This document shows positions 1-9,463 of a stretch of 64,000 nucleotides of DNA, in pieces (positions within the stretch are counted from its first letter, which is position 1; the number at the start of each line of letters is the position of its first letter). The position numbers were made by a program, and so were the translations under genes. The notes below the pieces were generated by a model. The model worked only from the letters and a program-made list of their open reading frames with translations. It ran no database searches and was not told the DNA's origin. This stretch comes from Acinetobacter phage EAb13, in sequence record OQ717042.1; one strand, 5' to 3'.

Positions 1-329
1 AGCGTAAGATTATTGAAAAAGTTTTATCAAGTACCGCTAAAGGTGTACTCGACCATGGCGCGAAAGGCAAAACTGGTGAAGTAAACATTAAGATGAAAAT
101 CTCACGTTTATCTGACGATTCAGTTGAACAAGGTGCGGTTAAAATCGTATCGGAAGTTTCATTTGCTACACCAACCCAACGTGGTAAAAAAGCAGAAAAC
201 GAAGTTCGTGAAACTGTGATGTACATGACACGTGAAGGTTTACGTGACACACCACCGAAAAAACTTGACGAAGAACAACATAACCAGTCAGGTATGCCAG
301 CCCAAAAAACGGGAACTTACGCTAGTTAA
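1..329 (+). CDS. hypothetical protein, 5'-truncated at the window edge
   Basis: Open frame from base 3 runs in frame with ORF 93..329 without a stop; ends TAA at 327-329 inside a terminator loop. Confidence 0.5.
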   Translation, partial: RKIIEKVLSSTAKGVLDHGAKGKTGEVNIKMKISRLSDDSVEQGAVKIVSEVSFATPTQRGKKAENEVRETVMYMTREGLRDTPPKKLDEEQHNQSGMPAQKTGTYAS

Positions 330-346
330 TCTAGCGTAGTTTTTTA
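319..346 (+). terminator. rho-independent terminator
   Basis: Hairpin ACGCTAG-ttaat-CTAGCGT followed by TTTTTT. Confidence 0.55.
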
Positions 347-383
347 ACTTAACCTTAACCAAAAATTTAAGAGTAAATATCAC

Positions 384-1253
384 ATGTCTAATCAAGAACA
401 AAACCCAGTAGTTGTAAACCCATATGTATTTGCAGAAGCTTATAAAGACGCTGGCCCTGAAAATACAATCATCTTGCATAAAGATTTTAAACTTGAAAGC
501 CTTCAAGGTTATCAAGACCACGCTCGTCGTTTAAAAGCGCAGTTTGACACGATTGATGCTCAGTCATATTTTGACTATGTGTTATCTCGTAAAGCTGAAA
601 GTTCTAAATTTAAATCACGTACTTTCATCAATGCGAACAATCCAGAGCAGCAATTGATTGCACTTACTGTTTTAAACTTCGGTACTTCTGAAAGTGCTAC
701 CAGCGCGGGTCATCGTGATGACATTGCGGTTCTTAATTTAAGCAAAGAACCAATGCTTGCAGACTTTTTAAGTGAAGTAGCAAAAACTTGGTTTAAGCCA
801 AACAAGTTTGCAGAAGCTTTAGAAGCTTATAATGGTACTTTAGAAATGTACGGTCAAAGTGGTGAAGATATCGTCACTACTGGCACCATCATTAACACGT
901 TCCGTAACTTGAAAATTGAAGCTACTCAAACGTCTGAAACAAAATCGAATAGTGCATACGACAGCGAACAATCAGACATTGAAAAGTTTGAAGCTCAAGC
1001 AACAGGTGGTGTTGTATTACCAGAATACTTCTACATCAAAAACCCGATCTACACTGGCCTTGAAGACCAAACAGTTACTTTTAAAGTAATTATGCGTCAA
1101 GGTAAAAACGAAGAAACTGGCAAGCCTTATGCTGAGTTCCAGTTGAAACCAATCGCTTTGAAATATGCATATCTTAAAGCGGCTGTATCGTTCCAGAACT
1201 TGGTTCGTGAACAGTTAGAAGGCGAAGATACTTATTTGGGTACTATCCGTTAA
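384..1253 (+). CDS. hypothetical protein (289 aa)
   Basis: Long ORF with ATG start in a phage-like + strand operon; no recognisable motif. Confidence 0.6.
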   Translation: MSNQEQNPVVVNPYVFAEAYKDAGPENTIILHKDFKLESLQGYQDHARRLKAQFDTIDAQSYFDYVLSRKAESSKFKSRTFINANNPEQQLIALTVLNFGTSESATSAGHRDDIAVLNLSKEPMLADFLSEVAKTWFKPNKFAEALEAYNGTLEMYGQSGEDIVTTGTIINTFRNLKIEATQTSETKSNSAYDSEQSDIEKFEAQATGGVVLPEYFYIKNPIYTGLEDQTVTFKVIMRQGKNEETGKPYAEFQLKPIALKYAYLKAAVSFQNLVREQLEGEDTYLGTIR

Positions 1254-1275
1254 GTTCTAAGTCATCATCAATAAA

Positions 1276-1305
1276 AACAGCAAACTTCGGTTTGCTGTTT
1301 TTGTT
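1276..1305 (+). terminator. rho-independent terminator
   Basis: AACAGCAAAC-ttcg-GTTTGCTGTT followed by TTTTTG. Confidence 0.6.
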
Positions 1306-1331
1306 ATCCCTTAATTAATTAGAGACATACC

Positions 1332-1745
1332 ATGGTAAATGAAAAAGAAACCGTAGCTTATGTTTGGTACAGATCGTTAAATAACGTTGTGATGGAAATA
1401 CACAATGCTGTTTACAAGGGTAACCGACAGAGCTGCAAGTACAAAATTGGCAGACAGTTAATTGCCACAGTAGAAAATGACAAGGTTAGCAAGATTGCTG
1501 ACTTTAGCAAGGGCCGTGTCATTGTCCCAGACCATGAAAAGAAAACTGTCAGTTACATGGTTATGGCTAAGGAAACAACCTTGGCTGAGGACGTAAGAAA
1601 CCGAATTGAAGCTGCAATAAAGGCAACAGTACCGTCACACATATTCACTGCATATGCAGCCACAGGTATAGACAACTGGATACCTGTAAGAATTGAAAAC
1701 ATCTACAAGTATGGCCTTCGCACAGCCAACCCTGAATTACACTAA
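1332..1745 (+). CDS. hypothetical protein (137 aa)
   Basis: ORF; weak RBS. Confidence 0.5.
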   Translation: MVNEKETVAYVWYRSLNNVVMEIHNAVYKGNRQSCKYKIGRQLIATVENDKVSKIADFSKGRVIVPDHEKKTVSYMVMAKETTLAEDVRNRIEAAIKATVPSHIFTAYAATGIDNWIPVRIENIYKYGLRTANPELH

Positions 1746-1757
1746 GAGGATTCCACC

Positions 1758-2213
1758 ATGGAAATCAAAAACAAAACCGTTGAAGAAGTAGCTGCAGAAA
1801 TCCAGAAGTTGATTGATATTATCAACCCTGACCAACCTTATGGTCCTGATGCAATTAAGGCAGACGTGGATGAGAAGGAACTACAAGCATTGATAAAGCT
1901 GCTTCACATTCGCGGCCAGATCATTGATAAGTTCAAAGCGGTATTCAATGTGGTCGATACTATTGAAGCCAATGTGAAAGCTAAGAAGTTCCCAATTGGC
2001 ACATACGGTATGACCAACCCATTGAAGGTTACACCGTTTGCAACCAGTGTTGTGGACAATGTAAAACTTATGGACATTATCAAGTCCAAGTTTGAAGTTA
2101 TCGACCCTTATGTGATTCCAAATACTAAACACAAAGACGTTGAGGAAATCATTAAGAATAACCCAGCTTTGGTTACTAAAGAGAAAGGTAGTAACCGTCA
2201 CAGCTTCAAATAA
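1758..2213 (+). CDS. hypothetical protein (151 aa)
   Basis: ORF with RBS AAGAGGA 8 nt upstream. Confidence 0.6.
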   Translation: MEIKNKTVEEVAAEIQKLIDIINPDQPYGPDAIKADVDEKELQALIKLLHIRGQIIDKFKAVFNVVDTIEANVKAKKFPIGTYGMTNPLKVTPFATSVVDNVKLMDIIKSKFEVIDPYVIPNTKHKDVEEIIKNNPALVTKEKGSNRHSFK

Positions 2214-2224
2214 GGTCACACGTC

Positions 2225-2446
2225 ATGCCAAAGGAATTAACTATGGATGACGTTAGCAAAATTGACGACGGGCATGTTTATATCGTCGTCAATGATGCAC
2301 CGATTCCAGTAGTCGAGTTAGTAACTCACGACTATAACAAAGCCCGTGGTGTATGTGTCCGTGAGGAAAACAATGTTATGCTTGTCCTCACGCCAGAAAC
2401 CAGAGCTGCAATCCGCAGCGGTGAATACTTGGAGATACAGATTTGA
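2225..2446 (+). CDS. hypothetical small protein (73 aa)
   Basis: ORF; alternative start at ATG 2243 with AAGGA RBS. Confidence 0.45.
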   Translation: MPKELTMDDVSKIDDGHVYIVVNDAPIPVVELVTHDYNKARGVCVREENNVMLVLTPETRAAIRSGEYLEIQI

Positions 2447-2733
2447 GCACTTACACCTTTACATTATCTTTCGACCCTTTGTGGGTAAAATTAATTTGCG
2501 CTTACATCATCTGGTTGGTTCTGCCAGTTGCAGTTCAATGGGATAAGCAAATCAGTTTTGGTTATCGCTACAAAGAACCATTCTGGCAAATATTAACCCT
2601 TATACTTGGTTTAGCATTAGTCTTAACCTTGTTATTTTTAAGACTCATAGCCATTGCGCTTATAAAAATAGCAACATGGATTGATGTTGTAAGTGACCGC
2701 TATGGAAAATATGTTTTCCCAGACAAAAAATAG
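2443..2733 (+). CDS. small membrane protein (two predicted TM helices)
   Basis: TTG start overlapping the upstream stop; two long hydrophobic stretches (LWVKLICAYIIWLVLPVAV, ILTLILGLALVLTLLFLRLIAIALI). Confidence 0.35.
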   Translation: MSTYTFTLSFDPLWVKLICAYIIWLVLPVAVQWDKQISFGYRYKEPFWQILTLILGLALVLTLLFLRLIAIALIKIATWIDVVSDRYGKYVFPDKK

Positions 2734-2741
2734 GTGGGCAA

Positions 2742-3212
2742 GTGAGTATCGAAAAACTTGAAACACTGTTTGCAATTGAATTTGGGCAGCTGCTAGAAAA
2801 CTATCTGTATTCCAACGCACGACGTGAGGAATTAACGGACGTAATCTGCAGCTGTCTGCAGTTGCGAAATAAACAGCAATTGGCCCAGATATACGCTGGG
2901 TATGACATACCTTCTACAGCCAACATATTTGAATTGATCAGAACACTGAATGACGACGAGTTCACCATGCGCTTCTTTAAGCTGCAGACTACGTTGCCAG
3001 ATGTGGCTGTGTCAAAACCTGTGGAAGTGGCTGAACAAACCCCTGTCGTTGAAGTAAGTACGGAACGTAAACCATACTGGATGATCGACGACGAAGAAAA
3101 GCCTGCAGACTATCCAAAGCAAGATGAGAATGACATGCGTAAGAAAGACGAAATGTTTGACGAGTTTGGTGACATGGATATGTTTGGAGACATTGATTTC
3201 AATAATATGTAA
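2742..3212 (+). CDS. hypothetical acidic protein with C-terminal DEFGDMDMFGDIDF tail
   Basis: GTG start after AGGTGGG; very acidic C-terminal third ending in a D/F-rich motif reminiscent of SSB-type protein-interaction tails. Confidence 0.45.
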   Translation: MSIEKLETLFAIEFGQLLENYLYSNARREELTDVICSCLQLRNKQQLAQIYAGYDIPSTANIFELIRTLNDDEFTMRFFKLQTTLPDVAVSKPVEVAEQTPVVEVSTERKPYWMIDDEEKPADYPKQDENDMRKKDEMFDEFGDMDMFGDIDFNNM

Positions 3213-3226
3213 TTAGGAATATAACC

Positions 3227-4801
3227 ATGCAACTGTATGAGAAACAAATTAAAACTTTCCAGAAAGCCTACATGAACAAACGTTTTCTGGACCGCAGCCA
3301 TGCAGGTTCAGGAAAAACGGCACCGATCTGTTGCCTGACTGGTTTTTTGATTGGCTCAAAACCAGTTGACATTCATCCTAGTAAAACTATTAACCAGATT
3401 CCTTTAAGCCTGACTCAAGGCACCCACTCAATTACTCAGGTAACTGGTGGAAAGTACAATTGCCGTGCCATTTGGATTCAGCCAAGTTCTTTGATGGAAA
3501 AGAACCGTGAAGAACTCTTGGCATGGAACCCAACATGGCAACCACACCACGTTAAGGTAATCACTGGGACTGCAGCTAAGAAAAAGAAACTGGCACTTGA
3601 TGAAGATACATTGGTGTGGGTTATGACTGCAGAAGCTTTCAAGTCTTATTACCTAGACATGAAAGCAAAGTTCCCAGATATATTCCAAATTGTATGTGAT
3701 GAACCTCACTTATACTACCGTGGCTTTAGCAGTGCCCGTACCCAGTTCTTTGTCAATAACTTGGAACCACATGCACGTCTGCACTTCATGACAGCAACAC
3801 CAACACCACGTGGCAAGTTAAGCTCAGCGTATATTTACTGTCATATGATTCAGCGTGATTACTATGGCTGTTATGATTGGTTCATTAACACCCATGCCGA
3901 TCTTGATGAATATGGTAATCCTCAGAACTGGAAAAACCATGGCAAGCTGTGGGCATTCTTGGACAACTACTCAATCTGCTGGACCAGCAAAGATATGTAT
4001 GGCGACATTGACGAAATTATTATCCGTGATGTAGTCAAACTAAATCCACCGATTGAGAGTGTTTATCGTGACTTTGAATTGGGTGGTATTGCTGACCTGC
4101 AGGGTTCGGTTCTATCAGCTACAAGTGGCGGTGTTGAAAGCCTACGTTGTCGCCAAATTCTATGCCACCCACATGCTATTCGTATTCCATGTGCTTGGGG
4201 TGATGATGGTAAGCCAACAGAGTATTCAACTGGTAAAGTGTTTGATGAAATTACACCAAAATTAGAACGAATTGTAGAGTATGCAGAAGCTGGTGAACCA
4301 TTGATTATCTTTGGCTCATTCACTGCAGAAATTGAAATGATTGCTGACACGTTACGTCGTAGAAAAGTACGTGTCGGTGTGATTCACGGTGGGGTTATGC
4401 AACTCCAACGTGTAAAAATAGACCAAGACTTCCAAGCGGGTAAATTGGATGTTGTGGTCTGTTCGGCAGCAACAGCTGGCGTTGGCTTCAACTGGGGCCA
4501 TGTCAACACAGTAATTTTCCATTCTCTTAACTATGGTGATGATGAGTTCTTGCAAGCAATTGCCCGTGCTAAACGTGGTGTGCGTACAGAACTACTTAAA
4601 ATCATTTTATTAGAATATGAAAACACTATTGATCAACCAGTCATGTGGGCAGTTCATCACAACTCACGTAACAGCCATTTGACTAATCCTGACAACCCAA
4701 TTATTTACTTCCCACGTGTGGTACAGGACGATCATAATTCGACCTTAACACCTCAAATGGGAATCGAATATAAGGAGAACGGAGAAAAAATGATCGTATA
4801 G
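3227..4801 (+). CDS. SF2 (DEAD/DEAH-like) DNA helicase
   Basis: Walker A AGSGKTA, motif II VCDEPH, motif VI QAIARAKRG; 524 aa. Confidence 0.8.
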   Translation: MQLYEKQIKTFQKAYMNKRFLDRSHAGSGKTAPICCLTGFLIGSKPVDIHPSKTINQIPLSLTQGTHSITQVTGGKYNCRAIWIQPSSLMEKNREELLAWNPTWQPHHVKVITGTAAKKKKLALDEDTLVWVMTAEAFKSYYLDMKAKFPDIFQIVCDEPHLYYRGFSSARTQFFVNNLEPHARLHFMTATPTPRGKLSSAYIYCHMIQRDYYGCYDWFINTHADLDEYGNPQNWKNHGKLWAFLDNYSICWTSKDMYGDIDEIIIRDVVKLNPPIESVYRDFELGGIADLQGSVLSATSGGVESLRCRQILCHPHAIRIPCAWGDDGKPTEYSTGKVFDEITPKLERIVEYAEAGEPLIIFGSFTAEIEMIADTLRRRKVRVGVIHGGVMQLQRVKIDQDFQAGKLDVVVCSAATAGVGFNWGHVNTVIFHSLNYGDDEFLQAIARAKRGVRTELLKIILLEYENTIDQPVMWAVHHNSRNSHLTNPDNPIIYFPRVVQDDHNSTLTPQMGIEYKENGEKMIV

Positions 4802-4847
4802 TGAAAATTACTGTTGACTCTAACCAGATTTTGCAATTATATTAAGT

Positions 4848-4890
4848 CATCACCACAGTTTACACCTCGTTTTCTGTGGTGATATTTTTA
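4848..4890 (+). terminator. rho-independent terminator (long-loop hairpin)
   Basis: TCACCACAG ... CTGTGGTGA inverted repeat followed by TATTTTTAT; the ORF-track ATG at 4876 sits in the T-tract. Confidence 0.45.
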
Positions 4891-4935
4891 TGTTTCAAAA
4901 TCACTTTCAAAATCAAAGTCACAGGAAATTTTATC

Positions 4936-5718
4936 ATGACTCAACAAAACGCATTAACAGACGCATTAGCTCAAGCAGCAGAAGCAGCTCAATCTGATTC
5001 AACAGCAACTGCTCAACCTATCTCTCAGGTAGAACAAGGCACAGTTGTTGGAACAAATACACCTGCAGTAGCTAACCATCAAGTTGCTACAGCACCTGCT
5101 GGCGGTCCGTCGCTATCTATGGATAGTAGCGTTGTCCAATCTCAAAGCAGCATCACAGAATTTTTAAAATTAAGTGATGGTGGCTGTATGGTTGGTGAAG
5201 TAAAGTTTGACCCGATCAAAGTTCGCATCCGTCTTGAAGATGCTCAAAACGGTGGTGGTTTTAAACCAGCATACATGATGAACTATGAAGGGCCACAAGG
5301 CATGGTTTACACTAAGTCATATGACGGTGTAACTACTACGAGTAATAACCCAGCACATGGTGGCTTATCATGGGCAGACAATAAAGCTCGTATCTTACAG
5401 ATTGCACCAAAAGCATATGATTTCTTAGGTTATGATATTGCTTTCGTTGTGGCTGAAACAGTGGTTGGTAAAGACAAGAAAACTGAACTTAAAGCAGGTA
5501 CAGTCCTTGGCTTCACTACTCCATACACTGCAGCTAAAATGCTGAAAAAAGTATGGGACTCAGGTATTGGTGCAAACCAACGTGGTAATGATGCAATTCT
5601 TATGATTTCTGGTGAAGAAATTTCTAAGAATGGCCGTCAGTACAAGCAATTGGTAGTTGAGCATGTAGGTTACGCAGCTCCAACTGACCTTGCAGAACCT
5701 GAACATGAAGGTGAGTAA
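4936..5718 (+). CDS. hypothetical protein; Ala/Gln-rich N-terminus plus globular C-terminal domain (possible DNA-binding/SSB-like, speculative)
   Basis: ATG 4936 preceded by AGGA; the track start 4876 lies inside the upstream terminator. Positioned between helicase and flap nuclease. Confidence 0.5.
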   Translation: MTQQNALTDALAQAAEAAQSDSTATAQPISQVEQGTVVGTNTPAVANHQVATAPAGGPSLSMDSSVVQSQSSITEFLKLSDGGCMVGEVKFDPIKVRIRLEDAQNGGGFKPAYMMNYEGPQGMVYTKSYDGVTTTSNNPAHGGLSWADNKARILQIAPKAYDFLGYDIAFVVAETVVGKDKKTELKAGTVLGFTTPYTAAKMLKKVWDSGIGANQRGNDAILMISGEEISKNGRQYKQLVVEHVGYAAPTDLAEPEHEGE

Positions 5719-5731
5719 TCACTTTTAATTC

Positions 5732-5762
5732 AAATGCCCCTTAATTGGGGCATTTGTCTATT
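5732..5762 (+). terminator. rho-independent terminator
   Basis: AAATGCCCC-ttaatt-GGGGCATTT followed by GTCTATTT. Confidence 0.5.
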
Positions 5763-5772
5763 TGGAGATAAC

Positions 5773-5949
5773 ATGTTAGTCCTTCCAGATTTAAAACCAG
5801 AAACCTTACTGGCTTTAGCTATTTTTGTTCTCATGTTTTGTATAGCTTGTTGGCACGAAGATTATACGGAGAAAAAGAATATAGAAAAAGCAGAAAAGTT
5901 AAGGAAAAAATTGAACAAAAACAAAGGGGTAGATGAATGCAACGAATAA
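5773..5949 (+). CDS. small membrane protein (58 aa)
   Basis: ATG preceded by GGAGATAAC; hydrophobic core LLALAIFVLMFCIACW; the track start 5734 lies within the terminator hairpin. Confidence 0.4.
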   Translation: MLVLPDLKPETLLALAIFVLMFCIACWHEDYTEKKNIEKAEKLRKKLNKNKGVDECNE

Positions 5950-6755
5950 ATATCATTGATGGAAACAACCAGTTCTTCATCAATATGAGCCGTGCGTTGA
6001 ATGCTCAAGACTTAGCTCGTCGCTGTTTTGAACTACACCGTGGCTATGACATTGTATACTGGACCTTTGACGGACTAGACTCACGAAAACCTCGTCGTGA
6101 CTTATATGCTGGATATAAAGACACAGTATCCCGTCAAAAAGCCAAGACTGATACTAACCGATACGAGCTGCTAAAGAATTTTAAGCATCGTGATTTACCT
6201 GCAGAGGGCGGTGTCATTGTCCTAGAAATACCATTTTTTGAAGCCGATGACGTGATTCGTAAATTAGTCATGCATCACGCCAATGGTGACAACCTCATCA
6301 CCATATCTTCAAATGATGCCGATTTACTGAACCTGACACAGTACAAAGGTGTGACACAGCCACAAGCTAAGCTACCTGCAGTGTGCCCACACCCGCACTT
6401 AATACCAATCTACAAAACACTGGTTGGTGATACTGGGGATAACATCAAGGGCCTAAAAGGTTTTGGTGAGAGTGCTTGGGCCAAACTGTCGGAAGGTGAC
6501 CTACGTTTAATTACGTCCTGTCTGATAAATAAGATACCTATCAATGAAGATAGCGTAATGGATGATGAAAAGCTGAAAGCTAAGTTAATAGAACATTGGG
6601 ATTCTGTTGCGTTATGGTATAAGCTAGTTGACTATATTGACATTCCAGACGATGCTATCCAAGCTAACTTGAGAATACATCCACGGAAAACTCCAAAAAA
6701 CCCTGTGGCGTTTACTGATGTAAAACGACCAAGCATTTCAATGGATAAGCTATGA
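5937..6755 (+). CDS. 5'-3' exonuclease / flap endonuclease (FEN, Pol I 5'-exo family)
   Basis: Motifs IIDGNN, FEADDV, SSNDADL and the helix-hairpin-helix GDTGDNIKGLKGFG typical of the T4 RNase H/T5 D15/Pol I 5'-nuclease family. Confidence 0.8.
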   Translation: MQRINIIDGNNQFFINMSRALNAQDLARRCFELHRGYDIVYWTFDGLDSRKPRRDLYAGYKDTVSRQKAKTDTNRYELLKNFKHRDLPAEGGVIVLEIPFFEADDVIRKLVMHHANGDNLITISSNDADLLNLTQYKGVTQPQAKLPAVCPHPHLIPIYKTLVGDTGDNIKGLKGFGESAWAKLSEGDLRLITSCLINKIPINEDSVMDDEKLKAKLIEHWDSVALWYKLVDYIDIPDDAIQANLRIHPRKTPKNPVAFTDVKRPSISMDKL

Positions 6756-7297
6756 GCACATACACGTTGAACCGTAATAATCCTGATGTGATGAATATTT
6801 CAGGTAAACCAGCCATTCAAGCCGCTAGTCCAGATGGTAAATCTATCTTGCTGGCACTGATTGCCTTCGCTAAAGAGGAATCAGACAAAGGTACTTACTT
6901 ACGTTATGTACCAGATAGCAAAGCATGGACCGATGTTAATGGTCGAATTGTTCTATTTAACGTAGCTGAAACAGAAACCACTTCTGCAGAAGCAATCCAG
7001 TTGGTAAAAGAGTTCTCTAAAAAAACTGGATATGAACCTCCTGTCAAAACTCAGGTTTCAGAAGGTGGCACCCTCGCAACCGATAACGGTGAGCCTATCG
7101 CAATTAGCACCCGTGCTATTGAAGAAAGCTCAAGCGACCAAGACGACGTATCTGCAGTAAATGCAGAAGTCATCGGTGTTGACCATGAAAGCAAAAAAGT
7201 AGAACAAGAACCAGTAGTAGAAAAAGAAACGGTTGCCAAACGTGCTGCCAAGGCTACAAAACCAGCTACAGATTCAGCCACTGAATCACAGCAATAA
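6752..7297 (+). CDS. hypothetical acidic protein (181 aa)
   Basis: ATGA start/stop overlap with upstream gene; E/D-rich C-terminus. Confidence 0.55.
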   Translation: MSTYTLNRNNPDVMNISGKPAIQAASPDGKSILLALIAFAKEESDKGTYLRYVPDSKAWTDVNGRIVLFNVAETETTSAEAIQLVKEFSKKTGYEPPVKTQVSEGGTLATDNGEPIAISTRAIEESSSDQDDVSAVNAEVIGVDHESKKVEQEPVVEKETVAKRAAKATKPATDSATESQQ

Positions 7298-7322
7298 ATA
7301 GAAACGGCCCTTATCAAGTGAT

Positions 7323-7352
7323 AAACTCTCGTCATCTGACGAGAGTTTTTTA
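7323..7352 (+). terminator. rho-independent terminator
   Basis: AAACTCTCGTCA-tc-TGACGAGAGTTT followed by TTTTATT. Confidence 0.7.
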
Positions 7353-7354
7353 TT

Positions 7355-9454
7355 ATGGCTAATGTTATTGACCTTTTTACCAGAAAGATTAAAGACCTTC
7401 TGGTGGGTTCAGACCTTGGTGCTAACCCACACGTTTTTAAAGATGTAAAGATTCCAGTAGGTAACTTACCTTCCAACTATCGTGACATTGAAGCTCTTAC
7501 ATTAGAACAAATTTCAGAGCTGGCACTTGGTATGAACCCTAACGGTGGTAACTATTCAGAGGAACCACCGATTGTTTATGAAAATCTGGTGGAACGTTTC
7601 CCTGCAGACTGCTGGACCGTAGATGGTGTACGCAGTATGTCATTCTGTGTGGTCGGTGAAAAGGATGATGGCTTCGATGTTTACTGGACTTCACGTCGTA
7701 AAAATGACTTTGCTGCAGTCATCTGGTTTAGTGAAGACTTAAACATGCACCCATACCTAGCGTATGAAACTAAGCGTGACTACCGTGGCTGTACCTTATC
7801 ATTTTCCATTGACCTAGAAGGTCAAGTACCAAGTATCTCAGACGAGAAGCTAGGCTTGGTTATGACTGTCATGACTGTAAACAGTTATGGTCAGTTCATC
7901 CCTCAATATCTACGCCTTGCCAACTTCGCAGACCCAGCTACATTGACTGACACCCATGCTGACATTACGATCAACTGGGACACGGCCAAGGCTGGGTTCT
8001 ATGCCGACACTAATTTCCCCAAAACAAACATCCAACGTATCTTTATTGGGTGCTTAACCAATGGCTTTGACATTGATAGCACTCAACCATTGCCTGCAGC
8101 AGAAACTGCAGCTATGAAAATCACAAATATGCGCTGCACTGGTGAACAGAGTAAGTTTATCCGTCGGACAATGGCTGTGCCACAGCACACGATTGGCATG
8201 TGTACCAGTTATGATGATAGCTATAACGTAAACCCTTACCGTATCATCAAGAACTGCTTCATGCTTGGCTATCGCGGCCACGTGAACCATTACTGTGGTA
8301 TGTCTCATTACTACAACCAGAAATGGGATGAGTCACAGCTTCGCTTTGTGGTAACCAAGGTTGAGGACCGACCACAATACAGTCTCATCAATAAAGAGAC
8401 TACTTTGTGGCATAAGTACATGGCTAAAGCCTGCAAGAAAATGTACATGCTGCCAATTTTTTCTGTGTCTTATGAAATGTTTTCGGAAGCTGCAGAATTA
8501 TCTTGGACTCAACGTGACTGGAACGATAACTATGGCCGTACAGGTTATGAGCCACCAAGTTATTTATTAAGCCCATGTATCCCAGAAGCCATGAACTGGT
8601 TACAGCAAGTATTTATTGAGTTTGCAGCTATTTCTGCGGGTGAAGGGTTAGTACCGCACCTGCAGGTAGGTGAACCATGGTGGTGGATTAATAGTGACGG
8701 TAAACCTTGTATTTATGATTACCCTACACGGGTTAAATTTAATGCTGAGACAGGGTTATTTGCGCCAGAAATCCCTAACCGTATGGACACACACTTACTT
8801 GAACAATCACCTTACAAAGAATTTGCTGCATTCTTGCGTAAGGAATTGGGTAATTCTGTTGTGGCCGTGCGTACAGCAGTGAAACAGGTTTATCCAGAAG
8901 CATTGGTTACAACACTATTTTTCTTACCTTCCATCTTGGATGAAGAAACCAGTGGTATTGCTTCAACGATTAACTATCCAGTAGAGCAGTACAAGTACCC
9001 TAACCTTGACTTTATCCAGACTGAAACCTATGACTGGTTGATTATTGGTAAATTTAACAAGGCTTTACGTGGTTTTACTTCTGCCATTGATGAGTTAGGA
9101 TACCCACCAGACTTGGTACACTACCTGCTTGGCTTTGTCCCAGATGATTTCTTGGGCAAGCTAATTATCCCTAACTATGATCTTAAAAAGGACGGGGTAA
9201 AGGTCTGGCAGTCTATCATGGGTAATGCTTACCTTGGTAAAGAATACAATGTGGCTAAGCAGTATATCTGGGCATACAACCAAGTTATGCGTGATGGTCT
9301 GGTTATCCAGCCAGAGCTGTTCTTGCGTAAGTTCTGGATATTGAATAGCCTGTATTTGAGTCAGGTCCGTGAAGGTGAAGTGTTGGGCACACCAATTGAT
9401 AACCTCCCTTGGAACCCTGTGCGTCCACCACAGCCAGAAACTCCAAATGTATAA
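7355..9454 (+). CDS. putative tail fibre/receptor-binding protein, paralogue 1 (699 aa)
   Basis: N-terminal ~60 aa (DLLVGSDLGANPHVFKDVKIPVGNLPSNYRDIEALTLEQISELAL) is recognisably homologous to the N-termini of ORFs 10467 and 11575; large W/Y-rich C-terminal region. Confidence 0.4.
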   Translation: MANVIDLFTRKIKDLLVGSDLGANPHVFKDVKIPVGNLPSNYRDIEALTLEQISELALGMNPNGGNYSEEPPIVYENLVERFPADCWTVDGVRSMSFCVVGEKDDGFDVYWTSRRKNDFAAVIWFSEDLNMHPYLAYETKRDYRGCTLSFSIDLEGQVPSISDEKLGLVMTVMTVNSYGQFIPQYLRLANFADPATLTDTHADITINWDTAKAGFYADTNFPKTNIQRIFIGCLTNGFDIDSTQPLPAAETAAMKITNMRCTGEQSKFIRRTMAVPQHTIGMCTSYDDSYNVNPYRIIKNCFMLGYRGHVNHYCGMSHYYNQKWDESQLRFVVTKVEDRPQYSLINKETTLWHKYMAKACKKMYMLPIFSVSYEMFSEAAELSWTQRDWNDNYGRTGYEPPSYLLSPCIPEAMNWLQQVFIEFAAISAGEGLVPHLQVGEPWWWINSDGKPCIYDYPTRVKFNAETGLFAPEIPNRMDTHLLEQSPYKEFAAFLRKELGNSVVAVRTAVKQVYPEALVTTLFFLPSILDEETSGIASTINYPVEQYKYPNLDFIQTETYDWLIIGKFNKALRGFTSAIDELGYPPDLVHYLLGFVPDDFLGKLIIPNYDLKKDGVKVWQSIMGNAYLGKEYNVAKQYIWAYNQVMRDGLVIQPELFLRKFWILNSLYLSQVREGEVLGTPIDNLPWNPVRPPQPETPNV

Positions 9455-9463
9455 GAGAATGCC

